From NCBI GenBank assembly GCA_965208125.1, contig OZ242320.1, forward strand, positions 832,001 to 896,000: DNA of 64,000 bases, in the 5' to 3' direction. The notes beneath the pieces are model-generated. The model was given only the letters and a program-made list of their open reading frames with translations. It was not told where the DNA came from and ran no database searches. Positions 37,623 to 47,541 of the stretch are shown piece by piece. Position 1 is the stretch's first letter, and each line of letters starts with the position of its first letter. The stretch is from Candidatus Latescibacterota bacterium (lineage in GTDB: Bacteria > Latescibacterota > UBA2968). The position numbers and the translations under genes are program-made.

Positions 37623-38066
37623 TCAGGAGACTGCACGCGCCTCTGCGTCAATCGCGCCAAAAAGTTGCCGCGTCATCAAACGGGCTGCACTGGCGTGCAT
37701 GCGCTGCCCCACAGCGGCGATTGGCCCGCCGATTTGCACATCGCCCTCAAATGAAATCCGCGTATTCTCGCCTTCAGGGGCGAGTTCCACAATACCCTCC
37801 CCCTTGACAAATCCCGTCGTACCCTTGATATCGACCACCATCGTATAGCGCTCGGGCGGTTGAATATCTGAAAGCGTGACACTACCCGTGTATTTGCCGC
37901 GAACGGGACCAATCCCCGCTGAAACGGCCATGTCATAAACCCCATCTTCCCTGTGTTCCAGCTTATCGCAACCGGGCATACAACGAGCGAGCACCTCCGG
38001 ATCAATAAGCAATTCAAAAGCGCGCTCAACCGGCGCGCCAACAGTGTGTGTACCCGTGAGTTTCAA
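37623..38066 (-). CDS. coxG: CoxG/SRPBCC family protein
   Basis: DPEVLARCMPGC, GIGPVRG, GGPIAAVGQR; TTG 38066 with SD GGAGG. Confidence 0.8.
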   Translation of the reverse strand: MKLTGTHTVGAPVERAFELLIDPEVLARCMPGCDKLEHREDGVYDMAVSAGIGPVRGKYTGSVTLSDIQPPERYTMVVDIKGTTGFVKGEGIVELAPEGENTRISFEGDVQIGGPIAAVGQRMHASAARLMTRQLFGAIDAEARAVS

Positions 38067-38122
38067 AACGCCTCCTGAAAAAATACAGCCCCCTCCCCGA
38101 AAGAGAAGGGGGCCTGCTACAA

Positions 38123-38980
38123 TCAAGCTGCGCGTTCAATTGCCTCGCTCAATGCCCGTTGTGCAAACACACGAGCCAAATGGGCGCGGTAATCGCCAGA
38201 CGCGTGGTGATCTTCCTGAAATTCCTCTACACCATCAGTCGCATGGGCTGCCGCATCGGCAACAGCGTCAATACCCTGCCCCACAAGCGCGTCTTCGACC
38301 GCATGTGCGCGATATGCAGCAGGTGCAACGCCGGTAACACCTACAGCTACAGAAGCGCAATTGCCTACGTCATCCAGCGTCACCTGAGCCGCAACGCCTG
38401 CAAGGGCAAAACCGGACGCAGATTGTCGCATCTTGACATACGCACCACCCGAATTCTCGGGTGGAGTGGCAATGCGAATACCAGTAAGGACCTCGCCGGG
38501 TTGCAAATCTGTAATAAAGAGATCCACAAAAAAATCTGACGCAGCAACCGAGCGTTCACCATCTGGCCCAGCAATATCGAATTGTGCATCGAGAGCGAGC
38601 ATAGTCGCCGGCCAATCTGCAGCCGGATCGGCATGGGCAATACTCCCACCCACAGTGCCCCGATTCCGCACCTGCGCATCGCCAATTTCCGCTGCAGTCT
38701 CGGGCAAAAGTGAACATTTCGAAGGCAACAAGCGATGGCTTTCCACAGCATAATGCGTGGCCAGAGCACCAATGGTAATGGTCTCATTGCCCGCCGTCAC
38801 TCTTTTTAAGCCAGCAACGCCGCCCAGGTCAATAACGACCGAAGGCGCGGCAAGACGCAATTTCATAGACGGAATCAGACTGTGACCGCCCGCCAGTACT
38901 TTGGCATCGTCGCCGAACTCCTGCACCAGCCGCATCGCGCTTCTCAGAGTTTTGGGTGCGTGATAATCAAAGGGGGTCAT
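38123..38980 (-). CDS. coxM: Molybdenum hydroxylase FAD-binding medium subunit (CoxM-like)
   Basis: LAGGHSLIP, QVRNRGTVGGSIAHADPAAD. Confidence 0.88.
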   Translation of the reverse strand: MTPFDYHAPKTLRSAMRLVQEFGDDAKVLAGGHSLIPSMKLRLAAPSVVIDLGGVAGLKRVTAGNETITIGALATHYAVESHRLLPSKCSLLPETAAEIGDAQVRNRGTVGGSIAHADPAADWPATMLALDAQFDIAGPDGERSVAASDFFVDLFITDLQPGEVLTGIRIATPPENSGGAYVKMRQSASGFALAGVAAQVTLDDVGNCASVAVGVTGVAPAAYRAHAVEDALVGQGIDAVADAAAHATDGVEEFQEDHHASGDYRAHLARVFAQRALSEAIERAA

Positions 38981-38983
38981 TGT

Positions 38984-41317
38984 TTATGTCTCCTGCATGA
39001 GTTTCCAGAGTTTTTCAGGACGCAAAGGCAGATCGATATGTCGCACACCAAAAGGGTTTAGCGCGTCAATCACCGCATTGGCTATCGCGGGTGTAGAACC
39101 AATCGTACCCGCTTCGCCCACACCTTTGACACCCATCGGATTGACGGGCGAAGGCGTAACCGTATTCGCCAATTCAAAGCGCGGGAAATTGTGCGCTTTG
39201 GGCAAGGCATAATCCATAAATGAACCGGTGATCATCTGCCCGCTTTCGTCGTAAATGGCTTCCTCGTAAAGGGCTTGTCCCACCCCCTGTGCAATACCGC
39301 CGTGTACCTGACCTTCAACAATCAGCGGATTGATAATATTCCCGCAATCGTCAACGGCGATATAACGCTGTATCTCAACCTCACCTGTATCCGCATCAAC
39401 CTCGACCACGGCGATGTGCGTGCCAAAGGGATAGGTAAAGTTAGGCGGCTCAAAAAAGTGCGACTCAGCCAAACCGGGATCTGTGCCCTCGGGCAGTTCC
39501 ACACCCACATGAGCTACCATCGCGATTTCGCCCAAAGTGAGACCCGACTCGGGCGCACCCTGAACGCAGTATTTGCCGTCTTCAATCACAATATCCTGCG
39601 GATTGCTCTCCAGCAGATGCGCGGCAATATTGACCACTTTATCTTTCACCTTGCCCATCGCATGCACCATCGCTGTACCACCCACAGCCGTCGCGCGACT
39701 GCCAAATGTACCAATACCGTATTGTACCGCATCCGTATCGCCGTGGATAATGCGAACATCGTCAATATCAACGCCCAATCCATCGGCAATAAGCTGGGCA
39801 AAAGTGGTCTCCTGTCCCTGTCCGTGAGGCGATACACCCGTGAGCACAGTAACCTTACCCGTGGGATCTACGCGCACAGTACTGCTTTCCCAACCACCCG
39901 CGGGCATCGCAGCAGAAGGACCCATTCCGCAAATCTCCACATAAGTGGAAAATCCAATCCCGAGGTATCGTCCCTCTTCGCGCAAATTGGCCTGTTGCTC
40001 GCGCAAAGCCTCGTAATCGGCGATCTTGAGCGCCTTGTCGAGCGCAGCCGTATAATCGCCACTATCATAAGCCAGAGCAGTCCCCGTTTCAAAGGGAAAA
40101 GCATCTTTACCGATAAAGTTTTTGCGTCGCACCTCCAGAGGATCCAGATCCAGATCGTGCGCCACCACATCGATCATGCGCTCGATGAGATACGTGGCCT
40201 CGGGACGTCCCGCACCCCGATAGGCATCCGTGGCCATCTTATTCGTAAAAGCGGCTGTGAGATTCATCTGCACATTTTTAAAAGTGTAAGAACCGCACAA
40301 CATCAATCCCGTAAGCGTGGGAATGGCCGGCGTGAGCAACTGATAATACGCTCCCACATCCGCCGTAACCGTATATTTGAGGCCGAGGATCGTACCGTCG
40401 TCTTTCACCGCAAGATCGACATCTCCGGTCTGGTCGCGTCCGTGAATCGTATGCACAAAGTTTTCACGCCGTCCCTCAATCCACTTCACGGGCTGCCCGA
40501 GATATTTCGCCATATGCCCGAGCAGAGCCTCTTCGGCGTACACATTGAGCTTACAACCAAAGCCACCACCCACTTCGGGCGCGATAACGCGCACATGATT
40601 TTCGGCCATACCCAGCATAACGGATATTTGCGTGCGCAAAAGATGGGGAATTTGCGTAGATGACCATAAATTGAGCTGATCTTTACCGGGCAGATATTGG
40701 GCAACCACGCCGCGCGTCTCCATCGGATTGGGAACCAGGCGCTGATGGTCAATCCGCTGGCTAACGACATGATCGGCTTCGGCAAAAGCCGCATCCACAT
40801 CGCCCCCGGCAATACTCCAGGTAAAAGCCATATTATCGTCCCAATCTTCGTGAATAACAGGCGCGCCATCGGCAAAAGCAGCCTCAACCGAATTGATGGC
40901 ATCGAGAGGTTCATAATCGACTTCAATCAAATCCAATGCATCCTGGGCGATATACGCATCGGTCGCTGCAACAGCGGCGATGGGTTCGCCGACAAAACGC
41001 ACCTTTCCCGTAGCAAGCACGGGATGGTGGGGCACCTTAATACCGGGGAACCCCTCGGGATCTGTAGCCGCACAGGGAATTCCACCAATGACATCTTTGA
41101 CATCATCGCCAGTGACAACAGACTTGACGCCGGATAAATTTTGAGCCGCATCGGTATTAATACCATTGATGCGCGCATGGGCATAAGGGCTTCGCAAAAT
41201 CGCGACATGCAACAAATTGGGCAGCTTGATGTCATCGACATAATGTGCAAGGCCCTGAATCAATCGGGGGTCTTCTCGGCGCTTAATACGGGCGCCAACA
41301 GATTTGCTAACAGGCAT
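38984..41317 (-). CDS. coxL: Molybdenum hydroxylase large subunit (form II CoxL-like)
   Basis: VGGGFGCK, AYRGAGRPEA (form II motif), PHGQGQET, GVKGVGEAG. Confidence 0.88.
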   Translation of the reverse strand: MPVSKSVGARIKRREDPRLIQGLAHYVDDIKLPNLLHVAILRSPYAHARINGINTDAAQNLSGVKSVVTGDDVKDVIGGIPCAATDPEGFPGIKVPHHPVLATGKVRFVGEPIAAVAATDAYIAQDALDLIEVDYEPLDAINSVEAAFADGAPVIHEDWDDNMAFTWSIAGGDVDAAFAEADHVVSQRIDHQRLVPNPMETRGVVAQYLPGKDQLNLWSSTQIPHLLRTQISVMLGMAENHVRVIAPEVGGGFGCKLNVYAEEALLGHMAKYLGQPVKWIEGRRENFVHTIHGRDQTGDVDLAVKDDGTILGLKYTVTADVGAYYQLLTPAIPTLTGLMLCGSYTFKNVQMNLTAAFTNKMATDAYRGAGRPEATYLIERMIDVVAHDLDLDPLEVRRKNFIGKDAFPFETGTALAYDSGDYTAALDKALKIADYEALREQQANLREEGRYLGIGFSTYVEICGMGPSAAMPAGGWESSTVRVDPTGKVTVLTGVSPHGQGQETTFAQLIADGLGVDIDDVRIIHGDTDAVQYGIGTFGSRATAVGGTAMVHAMGKVKDKVVNIAAHLLESNPQDIVIEDGKYCVQGAPESGLTLGEIAMVAHVGVELPEGTDPGLAESHFFEPPNFTYPFGTHIAVVEVDADTGEVEIQRYIAVDDCGNIINPLIVEGQVHGGIAQGVGQALYEEAIYDESGQMITGSFMDYALPKAHNFPRFELANTVTPSPVNPMGVKGVGEAGTIGSTPAIANAVIDALNPFGVRHIDLPLRPEKLWKLMQET

Positions 41318-41327
41318 GGGGCGCCTC

Positions 41328-41792
41328 CTATCTGGTCATTTTTTTCGATGCGTACTGAACCGCATCAACAATGTGTTGATACCCTGTACAGCGGCACAAA
41401 TTGCCTTCTATACCGCGTCGAATATCGGCTTCACTGGGTTTGGGATTGCGTTCTAAAAGCTGGTGCGCGGCAATAATCATGCCCGGGGTGCAAAAACCGC
41501 ACTGCAATCCGTGACATTCCCAGAAGCCCTCCTGAATAGGGTGCAATTCACCATTTTGGGCAAAGCCCTCAATGGTAGTAATTTCAGCACCATCGGCTTG
41601 CACTGCCAGAATCGTACACGATTTGACAGCATCTCCATTGAGCATCACACTGCACGCGCCACAAAGGCTGGTCTCACAGCCCACATGCGTGCCAGTAAGC
41701 CCGACGACATCGCGCAAAAAATGCACGAGCAACATCCGCGGTTCCACATCGTGGCTTTGATGCTCCCCGTTCACAGTGACTTCAATTTTCAC
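41328..41792 (-). CDS. coxS: 2Fe-2S small subunit (CoxS-like)
   Basis: [27 protein letters not shown]. Confidence 0.9.
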   Translation of the reverse strand: MKIEVTVNGEHQSHDVEPRMLLVHFLRDVVGLTGTHVGCETSLCGACSVMLNGDAVKSCTILAVQADGAEITTIEGFAQNGELHPIQEGFWECHGLQCGFCTPGMIIAAHQLLERNPKPSEADIRRGIEGNLCRCTGYQHIVDAVQYASKKMTR

Positions 41793-41895
41793 GCAAGCCT
41801 CCTTTGAAAAGGGGGGGAAGAAAAATAAACTTACACTCTATCGCAAGATATGGCGCATGAGAACGCCATGCAAATAGTTTCTCTTGTGTGCCAGA

Positions 41896-43026
41896 TTACT
41901 TTAATTTTTCAAGTGCTTTGCGGGCAGATTCTTGTTTCGAATTCCACTTAAGGGCAGTTTGAAACGCTTCGCGAGCTTCTTGAATTTTGTTTTGATGGAG
42001 ATAAATTTGCCCTATCAGGTTATATGCGTCACCTCTTGATCGTTTTGAACCTGATGGTATAATTTGCAAACATGCTTTCAGGTATTCAAGACCGCGATCA
42101 AGTCTGTCTCCGGATTCTGCTGATATGCGTCCTAAAGCGTATAACGCTCTCCATTGACGTCCTTGAAATAGTACTATCTCTTTAAATGATGAAACAGTTG
42201 TATCGCGCCTTACCGATAGAGAATCGGTCATCATTTTGAGACGCTGTTCCGCAGCGCGATATGCCCGGTCATATTGTTTGAGTTCTCGAAAATATGTGCT
42301 GAGAGTGTTTAAGGCACGACTGGAAAAAGGGTATTGTTGCACATAAGAATCGAGCAGATCAACAGCTTCTTCACGGCGTTCTGTTCGACTGAGATACCCA
42401 CTAAGCTGTAAAACGGGCAAGTCATTGGATGGGTCTTTTTCTAACGCAGTTCTCAACTCCTGTTCGGCTTTGTCCCCTTCATCCTTTCTGCGATAAATTT
42501 GAGCTTGTGCTAAATGCCCTCTGATGGGATCGCGCATCTTAATCTGATCGGCCTGATTTTGGGCTTCTTTTTTTTCACCTCCCAAAATACCCGGTGCATT
42601 GAGGTGATATCCCATCAAGTAAAACCGTGCCTGAATGTGGTCTGGGTCTAAAGCAATAGCTTTTTCAGCAGCTTTTCTTGCATTGCGGGCGTGTCCAGGT
42701 TTTCTGAAAATGCTGGCTTTGATTGCTTTTTGACCATACATTTGCGCCAGCCAATAATAATAATCGGCACTTTGGGGACTGAATTTAGTAGCTTTCTCAA
42801 AATGGTCAAAAGCATCATCTATTCTGCCATCCCAAAATGCTAATCGACCCAGAAGAAAATGTATCTGGTCTTTATCCGACGATGTTTTTAAGAGCGTTTG
42901 TAAATGCGCCTCTGCTTCCTCATAGTGCCCGGCAATAAATACATCGAACACCTGGCGCAACGACGCATCGGCCTGTCCCATCAAGAGTAGAATCCACAGA
43001 GCCAGAATTAAATATCTCAAACGCAT
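41896..43026 (-). CDS. Exported tetratricopeptide repeat protein
   Basis: Signal peptide; repeated TPR patterns (FEKATKFSP, AEKAIALDP, ALEKDP). Confidence 0.8.
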   Translation of the reverse strand: MRLRYLILALWILLLMGQADASLRQVFDVFIAGHYEEAEAHLQTLLKTSSDKDQIHFLLGRLAFWDGRIDDAFDHFEKATKFSPQSADYYYWLAQMYGQKAIKASIFRKPGHARNARKAAEKAIALDPDHIQARFYLMGYHLNAPGILGGEKKEAQNQADQIKMRDPIRGHLAQAQIYRRKDEGDKAEQELRTALEKDPSNDLPVLQLSGYLSRTERREEAVDLLDSYVQQYPFSSRALNTLSTYFRELKQYDRAYRAAEQRLKMMTDSLSVRRDTTVSSFKEIVLFQGRQWRALYALGRISAESGDRLDRGLEYLKACLQIIPSGSKRSRGDAYNLIGQIYLHQNKIQEAREAFQTALKWNSKQESARKALEKLK

Positions 43027-43063
43027 TATTTTTAACCCCTTTCGTATTTATGAATGATGAACT

Positions 43064-43148
43064 GTAGGAGCGGCATCCCTGCCGCGATCAAGGTCGGGAG
43101 GCGATGTACAACTGGTCATTAGACCAGTTCAAAAGATTTCCCTCCTAC
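43064..43148. repeat. GTAGGAG-type REP doublet containing an internal palindrome
   Basis: GTAGGAG...CTCCTAC ends; internal AACTGGTC-ATTA-GACCAGTT hairpin. Confidence 0.6.
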
Positions 43149-43174
43149 TTCCCATTATACAACAGGAGAACCCC

Positions 43175-43783
43175 ATGAAAACACTTTACTACGTCGCCGA
43201 CCCCATGTGTTCCTGGTGCTGGGGATTTCAACCAGTATTGGAAAAAGTAAAAGAAGCAGTCCCCGAAGAATTGTCACCCGTATATATCATGGGTGGATTG
43301 GCGCGCGACACCGATGACCCCATGCCCGATGTGATGCGGGCGCATATCCAGCGCGCATGGCGCGAAGTCGCAGCCATAACAGGTGCGAATTTTAACTGGG
43401 ACTTTTGGGGAAAATGCAAACCGCGACGATGCACCTATCCATCTTGCAGGGCATTTTATGCGGCTCAAAATCAGGGAGCGGGAACTGAGATGTTCGACGC
43501 GATTCAACGCGCCTATTATCAGGAAGCGCGCAACCCCTCAGATGTAGAAGTCCTCGTTGCATTGGCGGGTGAAATCGGATTAGACACACAGCAATTTGCT
43601 CAAGATCTGGCATCACCCGAAATAGAACAACAGATGCAAGATGGATTTAACATCAGACGGTCGATGAATGCCAATCAATTTCCAAGTCTCGTCATAAGAA
43701 ACAACGCATCCGTAACCTTTATCACCCGAGGGTATAACGATGCGGAAACCGTATTGGCCTACCTGCACGCAGCACTAAAATAA
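43175..43783 (+). CDS. DsbA-family thioredoxin-fold protein
   Basis: YVADPMCSWCWGF CxxC motif, FPSLVI cis-Pro loop. Confidence 0.85.
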   Translation: MKTLYYVADPMCSWCWGFQPVLEKVKEAVPEELSPVYIMGGLARDTDDPMPDVMRAHIQRAWREVAAITGANFNWDFWGKCKPRRCTYPSCRAFYAAQNQGAGTEMFDAIQRAYYQEARNPSDVEVLVALAGEIGLDTQQFAQDLASPEIEQQMQDGFNIRRSMNANQFPSLVIRNNASVTFITRGYNDAETVLAYLHAALK

Positions 43784-43843
43784 AAAATCCGCTATAGACC
43801 CTCTCGCATCTTGCTTAGCGGATTGGACGAACTTAAAGCTAAC

Positions 43844-44449
43844 CTATTCCCAGAGCCTGCGGACATCGAGTTCAAAATTGGGCAAGAGAGGATCGCCAGA
43901 AATGGTTTCCGGATCGGACAGACAAACGACCTCTTCACCTGGACGATAGACATAAACATTTCGCTCTCTCGGATCGATAAGCCAGCCGAGTTGCGCGCCA
44001 TTATCGATATATTCCTGCATCTTATCTTTTATCGTCTCAAGGCGATCCGTACGAGAGAGCAGTTCGACGACGAAATCAGGACAAATTGGGGCAAACTCCT
44101 CCTGCTCGTCTTCTGAAAGTATCTCCCACCGCTCTTTTCGAATCCACGCCAGATCGGGAGCACGCACAGCGCCATTGGGAAGGGTAAAACCCGCGGACGA
44201 ATCAAAGCCCAAACCCGTTTCGTCAGATTGCATCCAACTATAAAACTGACCGATAAGTCCAAAGTTGCGCTGTCCAGATTTGCTCCCCGTTGGTGGCATA
44301 ATAATTATATCTCCATCGCAATTAAGTTCCATTCTCAAATCGGGATTGGCCTGGCAAAATTCAAAAAACTCATGCCTGTCCATGTGCAATACAGACCCGA
44401 AATGAAGCGTAAGAGCATCCTGATCTGTTTGTAATGCAACCGCACTCAT
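43844..44449 (-). CDS. Uma2-family endonuclease
   Basis: FDSSAGFTLPNGAVRAPDLAW, PDFVVELLS, KMQEY..GAQLGWLIDP. Confidence 0.9.
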   Translation of the reverse strand: MSAVALQTDQDALTLHFGSVLHMDRHEFFEFCQANPDLRMELNCDGDIIIMPPTGSKSGQRNFGLIGQFYSWMQSDETGLGFDSSAGFTLPNGAVRAPDLAWIRKERWEILSEDEQEEFAPICPDFVVELLSRTDRLETIKDKMQEYIDNGAQLGWLIDPRERNVYVYRPGEEVVCLSDPETISGDPLLPNFELDVRRLWE

Positions 44450-44652
44450 GGAAAATCCTCCAAATGCAAAAATCGAGAGGGCCTTTTCTATTTATTCTAA
44501 AAAATACTCACAATCAAAATTTTGTGCAACTCGATAAGCGGGTATTTCTCGTACATTCACAGCACAGCGAACATCGCCTTGACATCCATAAGAAGTTTTG
44601 AAATATTAAAGCCCAATATATCTGCAACCAAAATGGGAAGGAGAGCGCAGAA

Positions 44653-45009
44653 ATGGCCGACCAGAACATACCGACACAAGATCAACAAAACGAATTGTTA
44701 TTCATGCAACTGGTCATGATGTTTCAGGGCATGGCATTGCAAAACCTGGGCAAAGTGATGAACCCGATGACCAACCAGATCGAGCGCAACCTGGAACAGG
44801 CCAAAAACATGATTGACATCCTGGGCATGCTGGACGAAAAAACAAAAGGCAACTTAAACGACAACGAGCAAAGATTAATGGAACACGTATTATTTGAACT
44901 GCGAATGAATTATGTAGATGAACTCAAAAAGGACGAATCCGCAGACGAGCAGACAGACGAGCAAGCAGAAGATAATAGCACAGAAGAGGACGCGGAGGAA
45001 AAAAATTGA
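44653..45009 (+). CDS. DUF1844-like protein
   Basis: LGK..NP..NLEQAKNMIDILGMLDEKTKGNL..ELRMNYV. Confidence 0.8.
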   Translation: MADQNIPTQDQQNELLFMQLVMMFQGMALQNLGKVMNPMTNQIERNLEQAKNMIDILGMLDEKTKGNLNDNEQRLMEHVLFELRMNYVDELKKDESADEQTDEQAEDNSTEEDAEEKN

Positions 45010-45518
45010 GCGCATCAAAAAAGTGGTCGGCTTGTTGCTTACTGCTCATCATGTATCTACCCTTGAGCTGTGCTTATTATTCCACCTCAGCCACGGGCAG
45101 TGGTGGCATTCGCTCCGTCGCTGTACCTCTACTCGACAACGAAAGCCTCGAAGCCGGTATTCACCAGGCACTAACAGACAGCTTAATTCAGGGATTTGTC
45201 TCTGATGCGGCCTTGCGCGTAGTCGAAGAAGATCAGGCCGATGCCATATTGCAGGGCACGGTCCTCGAAATCAAAGAAGAACCCTTTACATATAGCGGTC
45301 AGGCGAGTGCCGAACAATATCAAATCTCCGTCTATGTAAAAATGGCTTTCTACGACACGCGGGAAAAACAAACACTCTGGGAAATTGATCGCATGCGCGG
45401 TTACGGCATCTACGACGCGGCAAGCCAACGCGACCTCGCCCGTACACAAGGCATCGGCGACGCGCTGCGCATGCTCTCCAAAGACGTAGTAGATCGCACC
45501 CAGGTAGGAGGATGGTAA
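45006..45518 (+). CDS. lptE: LptE-family lipoprotein
   Basis: Lipobox-like LSC-AYYS, IRSVAVP..NES, ADAILQG. Confidence 0.7.
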   Translation: MSASKKWSACCLLLIMYLPLSCAYYSTSATGSGGIRSVAVPLLDNESLEAGIHQALTDSLIQGFVSDAALRVVEEDQADAILQGTVLEIKEEPFTYSGQASAEQYQISVYVKMAFYDTREKQTLWEIDRMRGYGIYDAASQRDLARTQGIGDALRMLSKDVVDRTQVGGW

Positions 45519-45521
45519 CGT

Positions 45522-46460
45522 ATGCCAGAAGACAATGTCGTGGTCGATGACTTCATGCAATTGATCGGCGGAACGCCACTAATTCGCTTAAACAACCTGG
45601 CGACATCCGACATGGCCGAAGTCGTCGTCAAAATGGAATCACTAAATCCAGCTCGCACCGTAAAAGATCGCATTGCCCTCTCCATGATCGAAGCCGCAGA
45701 ACGCGACGGACACTTAAAACCGGGCATGACCATCGTCGAGCCAACCAGTGGCAACACCGGCATTGGTCTGGCAATGGTCGCAACCGCGCGGGGTTATCGC
45801 CTGATATTAACCATGCCCGACTCCATGAGCCGGGAGCGACGCGACCTGCTCGAAAGTTACGGTGCTGAATTGATATTAACACCGGGCGACCTCGACATGC
45901 CCGGCGCTGTCGCAGAAGCCGAACGAATCGTAAATGAATCACCCGAAACAACCTTTATGCCACAGCAATTCAACAACCCGGCCAACCCGGAAATACACCG
46001 CCAAACCACAGCCCGGGAAATATTAGAAGCCGTTGACGGCCACCTCGACGCCTTTGTCGCAGGCGTAGGCACGGGAGGAACCATCACAGGCGTGGGTGAA
46101 GTCTTAAAAGCCGAATTAGACCACATACGCGTGATCGCGGTTGAACCCACCAAATCCGCGGTCCTATCGGGCGGAGATCCAGGACTGCACGGCATCCAGG
46201 GCATAGGTGCTGGATTCGTACCCTCAGTACTCAACCGCGATATTTTTGACGCACTAATATGCGTGCGCGATGAAGACGCCATCAAAACGGCTCGGAAACT
46301 CGGTCGCGAGGAAGGCATCCTCGCTGGCATATCAGCCGGAGCAAATGTATTCGCCGCCCTGCAAATTGCCCGCGACCTGGGCCCGGGAAAGCGAGTCGCA
46401 ACGATAATCTGCGACTCGGGCGAGCGGTACTTCAGCGTACCTGAATTCCTACAAGCGTAG
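45522..46460 (+). CDS. cysK: Cysteine synthase A
   Basis: IGGTPL, VKDRIA (PLP Lys), EPTSGNTG, QQFNNPAN, GVGTGGT, HGIQGIGAGF. Confidence 0.93.
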   Translation: MPEDNVVVDDFMQLIGGTPLIRLNNLATSDMAEVVVKMESLNPARTVKDRIALSMIEAAERDGHLKPGMTIVEPTSGNTGIGLAMVATARGYRLILTMPDSMSRERRDLLESYGAELILTPGDLDMPGAVAEAERIVNESPETTFMPQQFNNPANPEIHRQTTAREILEAVDGHLDAFVAGVGTGGTITGVGEVLKAELDHIRVIAVEPTKSAVLSGGDPGLHGIQGIGAGFVPSVLNRDIFDALICVRDEDAIKTARKLGREEGILAGISAGANVFAALQIARDLGPGKRVATIICDSGERYFSVPEFLQA

Positions 46461-46488
46461 TTGACCCCACTTACAAACGGAGACCCTC

Positions 46489-47535
46489 ATGAGCAATATC
46501 CCCAATTATTTAAAAAATTACGCCGACCTCTACGCCGATAACCCGCGTGCTGCCGCACTCCAGTGGTTCCGCGAAGCGCGTTACGGTCTGTTCTTACACT
46601 ACGGACTCTACTCTTTAATAGGGCGACACGAATGGGTGCAATTGCGAGAACTCATTCCCGTAGCCGAATATGAAAACCTCATCAACGACTTCACCGCTGA
46701 AAACTTCGATGCCGAGCGCATTGCACAATTTGCCGTTGACTGCGGGATGAAATACATCAACATCACCACGCGGCATCACGACTCATTCTGCCTATTCGAC
46801 ACCGCCGAAACGGATTTCAACAGCACCAATGCCCCGGCGGGCCGTGATCTAATCAAAGAACTGGCCGAAGCGTGTGATCGCCACGCCCTGGGATTGTGTT
46901 TGTACTACTCCCATGGACGGGATTGGAAACATCCGCATGCCCCCAACAACGACGAATGGGGGGGACAGGCAAGACCCAAATACGACCCGCCCGAACAGAG
47001 CTATGCCACTGGCTCCGCGCACAACTTGCAAATCTATCTCGACTTTATGCAAGCGCAAATCACAGAACTACTCACAAATTACGGACCCGTAGCCGCAATC
47101 TGGCTGGATGGAATTGGCGTTCTCAACAACGGCGACAGATCGAAATTTAAGTGCCAGGAACTCTACGACTATATCCACAGCGTACAACCACAGGTACTGG
47201 TCTCCTACAAACAGGGCTTGCTGGGCACCGAAGACTTTCAGGCACCTGAACATCAAGCCGTAGAACAGGCGAACAAGCCCATGGAAATTTGCACCACAAT
47301 GTGTTCAGGACCAGGTGGAAAAGGCGTATCCTGGGGCTATCTCGCCGAAGGGGGCCACCACAAAAATGAGGAAGAAGTTTGGACGGCACTGACAGCAGCG
47401 CGGAAAAGCAGTTGCAATCTATTGTTAAATACCGGTCCCTTGCCCGATGGATCACTCGATGAAAAAGATGTGCCAGTACTGCTCGCAGTGGGCGAACGCA
47501 TCCGAAAAGAGGGATTCCCTGGAGAAGGAACCTGA
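46489..47535 (+). CDS. Alpha-L-fucosidase (GH29), no signal peptide
   Basis: WFREARYGLFLHYG, TTRHHDSFCLF, ELLTNYG..IWLDG, NLLLNTGP. Confidence 0.85.
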   Translation: MSNIPNYLKNYADLYADNPRAAALQWFREARYGLFLHYGLYSLIGRHEWVQLRELIPVAEYENLINDFTAENFDAERIAQFAVDCGMKYINITTRHHDSFCLFDTAETDFNSTNAPAGRDLIKELAEACDRHALGLCLYYSHGRDWKHPHAPNNDEWGGQARPKYDPPEQSYATGSAHNLQIYLDFMQAQITELLTNYGPVAAIWLDGIGVLNNGDRSKFKCQELYDYIHSVQPQVLVSYKQGLLGTEDFQAPEHQAVEQANKPMEICTTMCSGPGGKGVSWGYLAEGGHHKNEEEVWTALTAARKSSCNLLLNTGPLPDGSLDEKDVPVLLAVGERIRKEGFPGEGT

Positions 47536-47541
47536 TCTATC

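Noticed and set aside
38984-41317. Bona fide form I aerobic CO dehydrogenase
   Set aside because: Motif is AYRGAGR rather than AYxCSFR, the order is S-L-M, and coxDEF are absent.
41840-41880. Sigma54 promoter upstream of coxS
   Set aside because: GG and GC are 9 nt apart rather than the required 10.
35081-44449. Defence island based on AAA-DUF4143 and Uma2 genes
   Set aside because: The two genes are about 7.5 kb apart among metabolic genes, with no methylase, integrase or other defence partners.
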